DNA of 64,000 nucleotides, taken from a virus. The stretch spans positions 6,798-70,797 of IMG/VR virus record IMGVR_UViG_3300021478_000002. The stretch is one strand, 5' to 3'. This document shows, piece after piece, positions 54,541-64,000 of this stretch (positions within the stretch are counted from its first letter, which is position 1; each line of letters opens with the position of its first letter). A program made the translations under genes and the position numbers. A model generated the notes under the pieces. That model saw nothing but the letters and a program-made list of their open reading frames with translations, searched no databases and was not told the origin of the DNA.

Positions 54541-54673
54541 ATCGGGTCGCGCCGCCAAATTCTACCATCAACGCCGCCCGCGCCACTCTTGACAACTGCA
54601 TGCAGATCAACAACTTACAGGCCATAACTTCATAGTTAGCTCTAAGTCGGTGTGTCAATATCGCGCGTTTTGG

Positions 54674-54719
54674 GCACTGCGGACACCCGCCCGCTGCACC
54701 ACCCCTGAGGGTAGGACCC
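54674..54719 (-). other. Candidate cos site (cosQ/cosN-like) on minus strand
   Basis: Minus strand GGGTCCT, 20 bp, then GGGCGGGTGTCC in a GCGG/CCGC dyad; IHF-like ATCAACAACTTA at 54606; GpA-type terminase. Confidence 0.4.
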
Positions 54720-54880
54720 AAAAACATTCGCGTGCTAAGTGCGTTCAAAACGCGCGCCCGCTGCGTTAACGTGCGCTAAGTGATTGAAAGTAAGTGCGGG
54801 TTTCGGACGCGCCCATCTTAGGGCATTTACGACCCACTTACTACCACCCGTACATACCCTATGTCCTAAGGTGTTGACTT

Positions 54881-55807
54881 ATGACCAACACCAAACGCAA
54901 CACCACGAAGCACACGACCACGAAGCACAGCAAACCCGCGAACTATCGCAATATTCTGCAATTGCAGAATGCGAAAACCACAAAGGGCGAAGCGCTCGGG
55001 TACATAACTGGTATCTCGTATCTCGCACCCGCTAACGAATCGGGAGTTATGAATACTTGCCAATTCGCCACAACAGGCCCCGACGGCTGTCTAGATGTAT
55101 GTATCTATAAACAGGGTCGCGGGCGATTCACCAACACCATTAAGGCGCGCATCGCGAAGACAGTCTTTTTGCATGAGCACCGCGAGGACTTCTTAAACAG
55201 TTTGCGTTTTGACATTGAAGCGCTGCGGCTGAAAGCTTCGAAGCTTCGATTCTGCGCAGCATGCGCCACTATCGTGAAGGCGCGCACTAGCAAGGGTCGC
55301 GAGCGCCGCAATTGCCGCAAGTGTGGTAACGCGCTTGTGGCTGTGAAGTTTGCGGTACGTATCAATGGAACATCGGATCTAGCGTGGATACCGATGCAAA
55401 TGTCGGCTGAATTCCCCGACGTCGAATTCTATGACTACACGAAGCTTCCGAAACCGTTTTTGCGCACGCGTCCCAACTATGCAATCACTTTCAGCCACAC
55501 AGGTTACAACGCGTCCGATTGCATGCAAGCGCTCGCGAATGGTGTAAATGTGGCTGTCGCATTTGCGCTCAAAAAAGGGCAGCCGCTACCCGAGACTTGG
55601 AACGGGTACAACGTCATAGACGGAGATACTCACGACTTGCGCTTTTTGGACGCGCGCGCGGTCGTGGTGGGTCTCCGTGGCAAGGGTACTTCGTGGAAAC
55701 AGCCGACCGCGTTTATGGTAGATCCGAACGCGCAAACGCAAACCTGCATTATGCCAGCACTAATTCAGATCACAGCCGCAGCACAGCCGCAGCAAATCGC
55801 AGCATAA
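54881..55807 (+). CDS. GP88-like protein (possible Fe-S/radical-SAM-like) with Zn-ribbon insertion
   Basis: NAKT.KG...YLAPA...C(x9)C(x3)C...GRG...RINGTSD...FYDYTK...TFS...IDGD.HDLRFLD...GL..KG. Confidence 0.7.
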   Translation: MTNTKRNTTKHTTTKHSKPANYRNILQLQNAKTTKGEALGYITGISYLAPANESGVMNTCQFATTGPDGCLDVCIYKQGRGRFTNTIKARIAKTVFLHEHREDFLNSLRFDIEALRLKASKLRFCAACATIVKARTSKGRERRNCRKCGNALVAVKFAVRINGTSDLAWIPMQMSAEFPDVEFYDYTKLPKPFLRTRPNYAITFSHTGYNASDCMQALANGVNVAVAFALKKGQPLPETWNGYNVIDGDTHDLRFLDARAVVVGLRGKGTSWKQPTAFMVDPNAQTQTCIMPALIQITAAAQPQQIAA

Positions 55808-55819
55808 GGGGAAAAAACG

Positions 55820-56077
55820 ATGAACACACAGCCGATGTATCTTGACGGAGTATTGACAGCACGTGAAGTTATGGCCACGAATGACAGCGCGCGCCTTATG
55901 TGGCGCATGGTGTGGCGCTCTATGCGCCATTGTGGCGGAATGGAGCGCGCGGACGCGCTGCTATTGGCACACCACACCACACGCGTGGCAATGCGCGCGC
56001 GTTTGCTCGCATGCGCCTATAGCGCGGTGTGGCTGTCAAGCTGGGAGAGAATGTCACTCTCGGGAGATGTGCGCTAA
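55820..56077 (+). CDS. Hypothetical protein
   Basis: AAGGGG RBS; 85 aa. Confidence 0.5.
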   Translation: MNTQPMYLDGVLTAREVMATNDSARLMWRMVWRSMRHCGGMERADALLLAHHTTRVAMRARLLACAYSAVWLSSWERMSLSGDVR

Positions 56078-56265
56078 TGGCACGCGTCATTTGGTCCGCG
56101 CGCTGCAAATCGGGGTATACGTTCAAGGGTCGTATCTGCAATCGCGCCACACCGCGCGGAATGCTCCTATGCTCTGATTGCCTTACAGCCGAACGCATCC
56201 CAGCACAGCCGAAATTAGGCGTATTGCGCGCGCTGCTAGTGGCTGTGCTCGCGATTTGGCGCTAA
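56077..56265 (+). CDS. Small Cys-containing protein with C-terminal hydrophobic tail
   Basis: TAATG coupling; C...C...CSDC; LRALLVAVLAIWR. Confidence 0.5.
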   Translation: MARVIWSARCKSGYTFKGRICNRATPRGMLLCSDCLTAERIPAQPKLGVLRALLVAVLAIWR

Positions 56266-56315
56266 GATGCGCACGGTATCCCGTCTATATGATGGGTGTC
56301 CGTTTGCACCTTAGA

Positions 56316-56782
56316 CCACAGCCACGCGGGCGACCACAGCCGCAGCACAGCCACGGACAGCCGCAGCCGCAGCCACGCGGGCGACCACCACGGGCGATAG
56401 CTCCACAGCCACGCGGGCGACCCTCACACCACAGCCACGCACAGCCACAGCCACGGGCGACAGCCACGGGCAATAGCTCCACACCACAGCCACGCGGGCG
56501 ACCACAGCCACGCGGGCGACCCTCACACCACAGCCACAGCCACGGACAGCCGCAGCGCGGGCGACCCTCACGCGGGCGACAGCACAGCCACGGACAGCCA
56601 CGGGCGATAGCTCCACAGCCGCAGCCGCAGCACAGCCACGGGCGACCACAGCCACGCGGGCGACCCTCACAGCCGCAGCGCGGGCGACAGCCGCAACACA
56701 GCCACGGACAGCCACGCGGGCGACCACAGCCACGGACACCACAGCCGCAGCGCGGGCGACAGCCACGCGGGCGACCACAGCG
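56316..56782. repeat. Mosaic short-unit array (ACAGC, CGGGCGA, CCTCA, ATAGCTC)
   Basis: About 28 ACAGC and about 16 CGGGCGA by eye, all one orientation; almost no T on + strand. Confidence 0.9.
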
Positions 56783-57119
56783 CGCGCAAATCACTGAAAA
56801 GACACGAAATACCGCGCGTTTACGCGTGCCATGGCGCGTCCGCGCCACTACTCACGCGTGTATTGCTCCTATCGGTAGGCAAGGGGAGAAACCCTACCGC
56901 CATGAAAACAAAGGGGCGTTAACGTTCTGGCGCGCATCCGCCACGTTACACCGGTGTGGTACTGTGCATTTCACCCCGATAGTACGAAAAACGGGGTAGT
57001 TTTCGCCAGACGTAGAAAATTTGCGGGCACTTTTTGGGCACGGCCAATTTCAAAAAGCAATTTGGATTTTTTCGGGAGGGTGGCCCGGCGCTGGGCTGGC
57101 GCGCACTTGAAGTGGTAGA

Positions 57120-57440
57120 GTGATGCCAATGTTCCGGCTGGTAAAAACACTCGACACCGCCGAGCCCGCCTACTTCCTGCTGTGCGATCACCGGCAATGC
57201 ATGGAAGCCCGGCGCGGCAACGCCGTGGTGTCGAACAGCGATGACTATCAACTCAGCAAGCGCACGTTTCTGAAGGCCGCCATTGCGGAAGGCTGGTGGG
57301 TGGATCTCGAAGGTGCGTTTTGTCCACCGCATGCGCGCGAGATGCTACACGCCGCGCGTGAAATCATCGAGAAGGGCAAGCAGGTGGTGGAGGCGGCGCG
57401 GCCTGAGCAGATCCTGGCCTTTGGAAAGGGACGAGTATGA
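57120..57440 (+). CDS. Hypothetical Zn-binding protein
   Basis: CDH..C...GW....FCP.H. Confidence 0.6.
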   Translation: MMPMFRLVKTLDTAEPAYFLLCDHRQCMEARRGNAVVSNSDDYQLSKRTFLKAAIAEGWWVDLEGAFCPPHAREMLHAAREIIEKGKQVVEAARPEQILAFGKGRV

Positions 57441-58000
57441 AGAAAGCACCGCCTGCAACCAAGGTCGTGCAAGTGGGCGTCAACGCGCTGGCGCGTGAAG
57501 TCGGTCTGACGCCGACCACCATCAGTAAGAAACTGAAGCAAGGCCAGACGCCTGAACAGATCCGCCGCGATGCCGCGCGCAGGCAGGGCCGTGAGCCATC
57601 GCCGACAGGTACGCCCCCAAGCCGGGGCCGCGCGCCGGTGGGTCAACCACCCCGCTCCGAGTACGACATGGTCATCAAGGGCCGCGAGCGCCTGGACAAC
57701 ATCGATGAAGCCAAGCTGCGCCGGGCGCGTGCGCTGGCCGAGCGCGGCGAGCTGGACAACATGCTCAAGCGCGGCGAACTGATTCCGGTCGCGCACGTGC
57801 GCCAGTGGGGCTCGCGATTCCTGACCGATGCCCGCGACACACTCATGGCGGGTCCAAGCGAATTACAGGACACGCTGGCTGCCGAAGATGACCCGCTGAA
57901 AGTGCAGGCGATCTTGCGCGCGTGGCTGGAGCGTGTGATGGCCAAGTTCCATCAATGCGAACGGCTGTGGGGCATTGGCGACGAAGAGCAGGTGGCGTGA
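57437..58000 (+). CDS. Terminase small subunit
   Basis: N-terminal HTH (NALAREVGLTPTTISK); A...EL......GELIP motif of Nu1-like proteins; upstream of large subunit. Confidence 0.75.
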   Translation: MKKAPPATKVVQVGVNALAREVGLTPTTISKKLKQGQTPEQIRRDAARRQGREPSPTGTPPSRGRAPVGQPPRSEYDMVIKGRERLDNIDEAKLRRARALAERGELDNMLKRGELIPVAHVRQWGSRFLTDARDTLMAGPSELQDTLAAEDDPLKVQAILRAWLERVMAKFHQCERLWGIGDEEQVA

Positions 58001-58242
58001 TGCCGCTCGTTGCCGCCAAGGCGTTGATTGGCGTCCAGGCCGGTGTGATCCCTGGTCAACCGATGCCGGAGTACACCAAAAACTGGAGCTATACCAGCGA
58101 GGATTACGAGCTGGACATGAAGGCGGCGCTAGACCAGCCGACCATCTTCAGCACCCGGCTCAAAGAAGCGCACGACTACGCGATGGGCCTGAGCAATCCG
58201 ATCTGCGTCAACTGGGTGCGCGTGGATTGGATCTGGGTATGA
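58000..58242 (+). CDS. Hypothetical protein
   Basis: TGATG coupling. Confidence 0.55.
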   Translation: MPLVAAKALIGVQAGVIPGQPMPEYTKNWSYTSEDYELDMKAALDQPTIFSTRLKEAHDYAMGLSNPICVNWVRVDWIWV

Positions 58243-58406
58243 GCCCCACGCACAGCAGCGCCTATGACGAGGAACTGTTTTGCGACGAGTGCGGCGCAAC
58301 GCTGGGTTACGGACACGGCGACTTCAACTGCACTTACATTCTGTGCCAGACCTGCATGGATGCGCGCAAGGCGGCAGAGATGCGTGAGCCGGGGGCAGAG
58401 GTATGA
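58239..58406 (+). CDS. Small Zn-finger protein
   Basis: CDECG...CQTC; ATGA coupling. Confidence 0.5.
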   Translation: MSPTHSSAYDEELFCDECGATLGYGHGDFNCTYILCQTCMDARKAAEMREPGAEV

Positions 58407-58423
58407 GCTACACTTGAAAAACT

Positions 58424-58600
58424 ATGGAGATCGAGACCACAACCAACGCTGAACACGCAGCAGACACTGACCGCGATTTGGTCTTTCGCACCGAGGGCGT
58501 GGAGCGTCTCCGTATCGGCGATCCATATCCTGCGGCGCGCGCTCTTCACGTTGTGCACCTCGACGCGGAGACGAAAGCGCCCGCTACCCAGAAGGACTAG
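58424..58600 (+). CDS. 58-aa ORF with tail-fibre repeat fragment
   Basis: DLVFRTEGVERLRIGDPYPAARALHV; weak RBS. Confidence 0.4.
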   Translation: MEIETTTNAEHAADTDRDLVFRTEGVERLRIGDPYPAARALHVVHLDAETKAPATQKD

Positions 58601-58606
58601 CAGGTT

Positions 58607-60664
58607 GTGAGCGCCGCTCCCACCTTGCTGATCCCCGGCTTTCCGTGGCCGCCGCCGGTGCTGGGCGAGTTCCGCGAGATCTTCCGCGTCCGTCCCAAGG
58701 TCCCGTTGTCGGAGTGGAGCGAGAGCAACATCGTGCTCTCGCCGGAATACAGCAATTCGACCGGACCACTCATGCTTTTCGGCTGGCAGCGCGCGATCTT
58801 CGATGCCATCACCGATCCGAGCATCGAGACCGTGGTGATCATGTCGAGCACGCAGGTGGTGAAGTCGCTCGCGCTGATGTGCGCCATCGCGTACTGGATC
58901 TGCGAAGACCCTGGCCCGATTTTGTTGGTCGAGCCGAAGAAAGACGCCGCACGCGATTTCTCCAAGCGCCGCCTGATGCCGCTGACGCGCGACTGCACCG
59001 TGCTGCACGGGCGCATCTCCGACAGCGTGCACGACGGCCACAATACGATTCAGAGCAAAGATTTTCCCGGCGGCAACCTGCTGATCGTCTCCGCGCACAC
59101 ACCGGTGGATCTGGCGCAGCACACCATCCGCTATCTCGTATGCGATGAGGTGGACAAGTACGACGACGACGTGGGCGGCAGCGTCGAGCGCCAGGGCGAA
59201 GGCGATCCCATCGATCTGGCCTGGGAGCGCGCCATGACGTTCGGCAGCAGGCGCAAGCGCGTGCTCGCATGTTCGCCGACTGTCGCCGGTCAGAGCCGCA
59301 TCGGCAAGGCCTTCGCGCTTTCCGATCAGCGGCGGCCATGGGTTCCGTGCCCGCGCTGCGGCGCGATGCAGGTGCTGAAATTCAGGGACCGTGACGGCTA
59401 TCACGTGAAGTGGGACAGCTCACTGGCGCGCGAGCTGCAAGCGGCCACGGCGCGCTATTACTGCGTTCGGTGCGACCGGCCATGGACGGAGCAGGAGCGG
59501 TGGAGCGCGGCCAATCACCAAGTCGAATGGAGGCAGGATAAGCCGGGCGCGGACCCGAAGATCGCCGGGTTCTGGGTCAACCACATGTACGTCCCGCCGA
59601 CCTGGAAAACGTGCGCCAGCATCGCCAACCAGTTTCTGACGGCGAAGGATGACCGGCAATCGCTCAAGACTTTCATCAACACGGTGCTCGCCGAGGAGTG
59701 GGTCGAGGAAGGTGTCGCGCCCGATAAGGAGATTCTCTACGCGCGCCGCGAGGGCTATGCGTTCGGCGATACGGCGGTGGTGCCGCAGCGCGGCCTGTTC
59801 CTCACCGCCGCATGCGATGTGCAGGAGAATCCGCCGCGCCTGGAAGTCGAAGTCAAGGCGTGGGGCCGTGGGCGCGAGAACTGGTCGATGGGCTATTGGA
59901 TTCTGCAGGCCTTCGCCGAGAACGGCCAGGAGCTGCCGGTCAGCGCGCGCGAGTTGTGGGACGCGCTCGATGAGCTGCTGTATCGCGACTGGGCGCACGA
60001 GAGCGGGCGCACGCTGTCGATCCTGGCGATCTGTATCGACACCGGCAGGAATCCGAAACCCGTCTACGAATTCGCGCGGCGGCCCGGCCACCATCAGCTC
60101 CACTACGGGCCGCAGGGCATCAAGATCATCGCGCACCGCACCGTCGTGCCGGTCAAGGGCACGGCGGATATGCTGCGCATCATTAGCGGCGTCTCGAAGG
60201 AAGACGCGGCGCGCAAACGCCAGGGCGTGCGCATCGTCAGCATCGGCACCAACTGCGTCAAGGCCGAAGTCTTCGATCTGCTGCGCCACGCGAGGCCGAC
60301 CGTGGATGGCAGCCCATCACCCGGCTGCTTCCACTTCCCACTGTATGAGATGGTGTATTTCGAAGGCCTCACATGCGAAGTGAAGATTGTCAAGTCTAAC
60401 GGCGATGTCGTGTATGAGAAACGCGGCCCACGCAATGAGCCGGTCGATTTGGCGGTCTACAATCGCGGCGCTGCCGCCATTGTTGGCATCGACAGAATGA
60501 ACGAAGAGCACTGGCGGCGCTTTGAGAAGGCCGTGGAGCCCGTCGGCGGCCCACCGGTGCCGCCACCAGCGCCTGCGCCAGCACCGGCAGCGCCTGCGCC
60601 GCGAGCAGCGGCACCGCCGATCACCATCCTGCCCGGCGGGCGCGGCGGCTTCCGGCGAGATTAA
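58607..60664 (+). CDS. Terminase large subunit (lambda GpA family)
   Basis: LSEWSE...WQRAI.D...DEVDKY...EGDP..LA.ER..TF...SPT...PCPRCG...FINTVLAE.W...CDVQ...IDTG...RNEPVD. Confidence 0.95.
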   Translation: MSAAPTLLIPGFPWPPPVLGEFREIFRVRPKVPLSEWSESNIVLSPEYSNSTGPLMLFGWQRAIFDAITDPSIETVVIMSSTQVVKSLALMCAIAYWICEDPGPILLVEPKKDAARDFSKRRLMPLTRDCTVLHGRISDSVHDGHNTIQSKDFPGGNLLIVSAHTPVDLAQHTIRYLVCDEVDKYDDDVGGSVERQGEGDPIDLAWERAMTFGSRRKRVLACSPTVAGQSRIGKAFALSDQRRPWVPCPRCGAMQVLKFRDRDGYHVKWDSSLARELQAATARYYCVRCDRPWTEQERWSAANHQVEWRQDKPGADPKIAGFWVNHMYVPPTWKTCASIANQFLTAKDDRQSLKTFINTVLAEEWVEEGVAPDKEILYARREGYAFGDTAVVPQRGLFLTAACDVQENPPRLEVEVKAWGRGRENWSMGYWILQAFAENGQELPVSARELWDALDELLYRDWAHESGRTLSILAICIDTGRNPKPVYEFARRPGHHQLHYGPQGIKIIAHRTVVPVKGTADMLRIISGVSKEDAARKRQGVRIVSIGTNCVKAEVFDLLRHARPTVDGSPSPGCFHFPLYEMVYFEGLTCEVKIVKSNGDVVYEKRGPRNEPVDLAVYNRGAAAIVGIDRMNEEHWRRFEKAVEPVGGPPVPPPAPAPAPAAPAPRAAAPPITILPGGRGGFRRD

Positions 60665-60677
60665 CATCGAGGATCGA

Positions 60678-61097
60678 ATGACGAACCTTCAGCAATACGC
60701 GCTATCGCACCCGCTGGCCAGGGCAACTGGCTCATCGTCTCAAGAGTTCCGCCGCATCACGATGCCGTGGTCAATCATCCTCACGGTCAATAAGTGACTG
60801 ACCGTGAACTCTGGGCGGCCCGTGTGGCACGCCTCGATTGCACGGCTGGCGCGCTCGGGCGAAGTGATCCACACAGCGCGGTGGGGACAGGGAACCCTGC
60901 GGGAAGCGCGGCGAATCGCAATGGACACGTTGCGCGACGTCGGTGCCGGTGAGTCGGTGGAGGCGCTCCGGCCTGCGTGCCTGCATCTCCGGCGGTCGCT
61001 GTCGTCCGATGAAATCGGACAACTGAGTGCGGAGTGGCTGGCGATCCCGGCGCGCGATGAGTTCTCGCAAGACGGCACGGTGGAGAGCAGGCTCTGA
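60678..61097 (+). pseudogene. Hypothetical gene split by in-frame TGA (60795-60797), or two small ORFs
   Basis: GAGG RBS and ATG at 60678; frame stays open after the TGA to 61097. Confidence 0.4.
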
Positions 61098-61123
61098 AGT
61101 AGCAGTGGTACAATCCCCGCAGA

Positions 61124-61465
61124 ATGCCCAGCACGGCCAATCTTGCCATCTATCAGGGCGACGATTTTGCCGCCGTCGTGACCGTCACCAATGGCACTCC
61201 AACACCACCGGACCTGACCGGCTGCCTGCCGCAGGCGCAGATCCGCTTGGGGCCCGCTGATTCCAATCCGACGGTCGTGGTCGAGATCGCCGCCGCTTTG
61301 AATCCGCCGAACCTGATCAACCTGACCATTCCCCATTCCGTCACAAAAATGCTCGAAGGACAGTATGCGTGGGATCTTCAGCTCACCGATCCCACCGGCC
61401 TGATCGCCACGATCCTGGCAGGCACGGTAATCGTGACCGCCGAAATTACGCGGGAAGGCCCATAA
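61124..61465 (+). CDS. BppU-N-like fibre adaptor protein
   Basis: IYQGDDF...DLTG...AQIR...WDLQLTD...ILAGTV.V..EITR. Confidence 0.7.
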   Translation: MPSTANLAIYQGDDFAAVVTVTNGTPTPPDLTGCLPQAQIRLGPADSNPTVVVEIAAALNPPNLINLTIPHSVTKMLEGQYAWDLQLTDPTGLIATILAGTVIVTAEITREGP

Positions 61466-64000
61466 TGGCCGAGGATCTGAACGCTTCGCTGCAGCCGAAG
61501 CAGCAGTTCGGTGCTTCCATCAAGGCGCAGCAGCTCGCGGCCACAGTCGTCGCGAAAACGTCAGCCAGAGCTTCGCTACAGCCGCCGCAGCTCGCTGCCA
61601 AGAGCACGACGGTGCAACTCGCCGCCTCGCTCATGGGAGGCGCACAGGGGCCGCCGGGACCAGAGGGACCTGAAGGGCCGCCTGGGCCAACCGGGCCGCC
61701 AGGACAACAGGGCCCGAAGGGAGATCCCGGCCCGACAGGACCCGAAGGACCACAGGGCAATCCAGGCGCAACCGGCGCGGTAGGCTCTCCCGGTGCTCCA
61801 GGCGCGACCGGCCCGGCTGGTCCGCAAGGTCTTCCGCTTGCAGTCGAAGATGAGGGCACGCCGCTAACGCAGCGGAGCTATCTCAATTTCGTTGGCGTCG
61901 GCGTCACGGCCACGGATGACAGCACCAACAACCGGACGACGGTAACGATCCCCGGAGGTGCATCGCAAACGCCCTGGTTGAGTGACATCGACGCGGCGAG
62001 TCACAACCTGAAAAACGCGGGGAAGATCGGTATCAACACGAGCGCGTTTTGGGGCAACGTCAAGCTGCACATTGTGGGCGTCTCTGACGTTCCGGCGACG
62101 GCGAACGACCAAGCGATTGTGGCGATCACGGGAAGTGGAGTCCCAGAGTTCAACCTTGGGATACTACCGGCATCGCCGTTCGCCACATGGCTCCAGACCA
62201 AGGCATCGGACGACAGCGGGCCTACCTATCCGATCCTTTTGAACCCGGCGTCTGCCGGGACATCCGGTTACGTCGGCATCAGGCTGGGGGCGACGACCGC
62301 TCCCGCGTTCGCGCTCGATGTTGCGGGCGACGTAAACCTCACCGGTGGTGCTTATCGCGTGAACGGCGTGCCCATCAGCACGTTCGCCGATCCGACGACC
62401 ACGAAGGGCGACGTTATCGCACGCGGTGCGTCAGCACCGGCCACGCGCTTGGGGATCGGCACCGACGGCCAAGTGCTCACTGCCGACTCAACCCAGACGC
62501 TCGGAGTGAAGTGGGCAACGCCCGCTACCGGTGGATCGCAGACGCCCTGGACGAGTGACATCAATGCGGCGAATTTCAACCTGAACAGCGTCGGCCATAT
62601 CGCCATCGGCACCACCATCAACACGCAGCCGGGAATCATGTTGGCGATCACGAGCAGTGGCGCGAACGCGGGCATCCGCCATTCCGAAATGAGCGCGACC
62701 GGCGCGGCGGGCTTCATCGCCACGAATGATGGTGCCCACAATTGCGGGTTCCTCATCGGATCGAGCGGCTACACGCCGACCCTGTTTCGAAATGCGTTCG
62801 TGATCTATACCAGTTCTGCCGACGATATCCTGATCGCCCCTTCCCAGATTGAGCGCATGAGAATCACCGGTGCCGGTCTGGTGGGCATCAGGCGTGTCCC
62901 TACGACTTATCCGCTCGAAGTCGCGGGCGACATGAACCTCACTAGCGGCGTCTACCGCATCAACGGCGTGGCGATCAGTACTGCCCAGACGCCCTGGACG
63001 AGCAACATTGACGCAGCCAGCTTCAACCTGAATAACGTTACGGGCATCGGCATCGGTCAGTCGGCACCGTCGGTCGGCGGAATCGGTGTCACCGGGAATA
63101 CGAATCTTGAATGGGGCATGCAGATGTCCCAGCCAGTGACGACCCGTCGCGCTGGGTTCTACTTCACGAACGACACGTTCGACAACTTGATTGTTGGCAT
63201 CTACGGCTCGGCTTATTCAGTTGCCAATCAGCAACGGCAGGCCTTCCTGTATTCGAGCAACGCGATCATCTTTCAGGCAGGCGGCAACCTCTCAGGAGAA
63301 TCGATGCGGATCTCGGCGGCTGGTCTGGTCGGCATCGGGCGCGTCCCCACAACCTACCCGCTGGAAGTCGCCGGGGATGTGAATCTCGTCAGCGGAGTCT
63401 ATCGTGTGAATGGCGTCCCGATTTCGACGGGCGGCGCGGCCCAGACGCCTTGGACGAGCAACATTGACGCGGCGGGGTTTCAGCTTGGCAATGCGGGAAG
63501 GATTGGAATCGGGAATGCGGCGACATTGCTACCTGACGCGGGCACGCCCAACTCAAATCTGATTGTTGGGCCTACAGTGTCAGGCACCACTGCGTTTGGT
63601 GAAGTCACGGTTTGCGCATATCAAAATATCACCACGGCTCCCTGCGGCGTACTTTCATTTGCCAATTACAATACCGCCGCAGTGGAGAAGCGGATTGCCG
63701 CCATCAACGGCTACTGTGATGGTGCGCTTAATTCTGGAAACCTTGTGTTCTACACGGCGAACGCCGGGACGCTCGGTGAGCGCATGCGGATCACATCGGC
63801 GGGTCTGGTGGGGGTAGGTACTTCAACGCCAGCCCGCTTGATCGACTGCCAAGCAGCCTCGACCAACACCATCGTAACCAACGCATCGACAACGACAATC
63901 CGGTTGATCAATTCTGACCTCACCGTCAATAACACTGCGGATCTGACTTTTGCCACTAACGATGCAGGAGGGACAGTAACTACGGCTGCGAAGGTCACTG
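61465..64000 (+). CDS. Second long fibre protein with collagen-like N-terminus and QTPW-delimited modules (runs off window end)
   Basis: TAATG coupling; about 21 Gly-X-Y triplets at about 61648-61833; four QTPW(T/L)S(D/N)I(D/N)AA modules; ERMRI...GLVGIG repeats; missing from ORF track, consistent with no stop in window. Confidence 0.85.
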   Translation, partial: MAEDLNASLQPKQQFGASIKAQQLAATVVAKTSARASLQPPQLAAKSTTVQLAASLMGGAQGPPGPEGPEGPPGPTGPPGQQGPKGDPGPTGPEGPQGNPGATGAVGSPGAPGATGPAGPQGLPLAVEDEGTPLTQRSYLNFVGVGVTATDDSTNNRTTVTIPGGASQTPWLSDIDAASHNLKNAGKIGINTSAFWGNVKLHIVGVSDVPATANDQAIVAITGSGVPEFNLGILPASPFATWLQTKASDDSGPTYPILLNPASAGTSGYVGIRLGATTAPAFALDVAGDVNLTGGAYRVNGVPISTFADPTTTKGDVIARGASAPATRLGIGTDGQVLTADSTQTLGVKWATPATGGSQTPWTSDINAANFNLNSVGHIAIGTTINTQPGIMLAITSSGANAGIRHSEMSATGAAGFIATNDGAHNCGFLIGSSGYTPTLFRNAFVIYTSSADDILIAPSQIERMRITGAGLVGIRRVPTTYPLEVAGDMNLTSGVYRINGVAISTAQTPWTSNIDAASFNLNNVTGIGIGQSAPSVGGIGVTGNTNLEWGMQMSQPVTTRRAGFYFTNDTFDNLIVGIYGSAYSVANQQRQAFLYSSNAIIFQAGGNLSGESMRISAAGLVGIGRVPTTYPLEVAGDVNLVSGVYRVNGVPISTGGAAQTPWTSNIDAAGFQLGNAGRIGIGNAATLLPDAGTPNSNLIVGPTVSGTTAFGEVTVCAYQNITTAPCGVLSFANYNTAAVEKRIAAINGYCDGALNSGNLVFYTANAGTLGERMRITSAGLVGVGTSTPARLIDCQAASTNTIVTNASTTTIRLINSDLTVNNTADLTFATNDAGGTVTTAAKVT

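Noticed and set aside
56316-56782. CRISPR or mini-CRISPR array
   Set aside because: No constant 25-40 bp repeat with unique spacers, and no cas genes in the window
56178-56999. ORFs 56178-56999 (+), 56285-56848 (-) and 56311-56778 (-) as proteins
   Set aside because: Open on both strands because the low-complexity array lacks stops; no convincing RBS
58838-58870. Inactive terminase because Walker A reads SSTQVVKS
   Set aside because: GpA-family Walker A motifs are commonly deviant; Walker B (DEVD) and nuclease motifs look intact

Overview
The whole window looks like one GC-rich temperate siphovirus-type phage genome. I recognise no host genes, rRNA, tRNA or CRISPR array. Left to right: capsid cement and major capsid, head-tail and tail genes (with a -1 frameshift chaperone), tape measure, tail tip and an S74-chaperoned fibre (1-22.7 kb); a divergent XRE+AraC regulator pair; YqaJ/RecT recombination genes, an HNH-SF2 helicase fusion, a large serine integrase and a lambda-O-like initiator with iterons (24.6-38 kb); a long run of small, often Cys-rich genes with a repeated, apparently leaderless sigma70-like promoter and an AcrVA2-like gene (38-53 kb); a compositionally distinct, apparently CCGG-free 2.4 kb segment with a candidate cos site, a GP88-like gene and a strand-biased ACAGC/CGGGCGA array (54.5-57 kb); then terminase small and large (GpA type) and a second, truncated fibre gene. 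Portal, prohead protease and endolysin were not seen. Best leads: a 48-bp attP-like dyad inside the integrase ORF, three dispersed copies of a covarying H-type pseudoknot motif, the candidate first-ejected module next to cos, and the leaderless promoter family. All calls come from reading motifs by eye; no searches were run.
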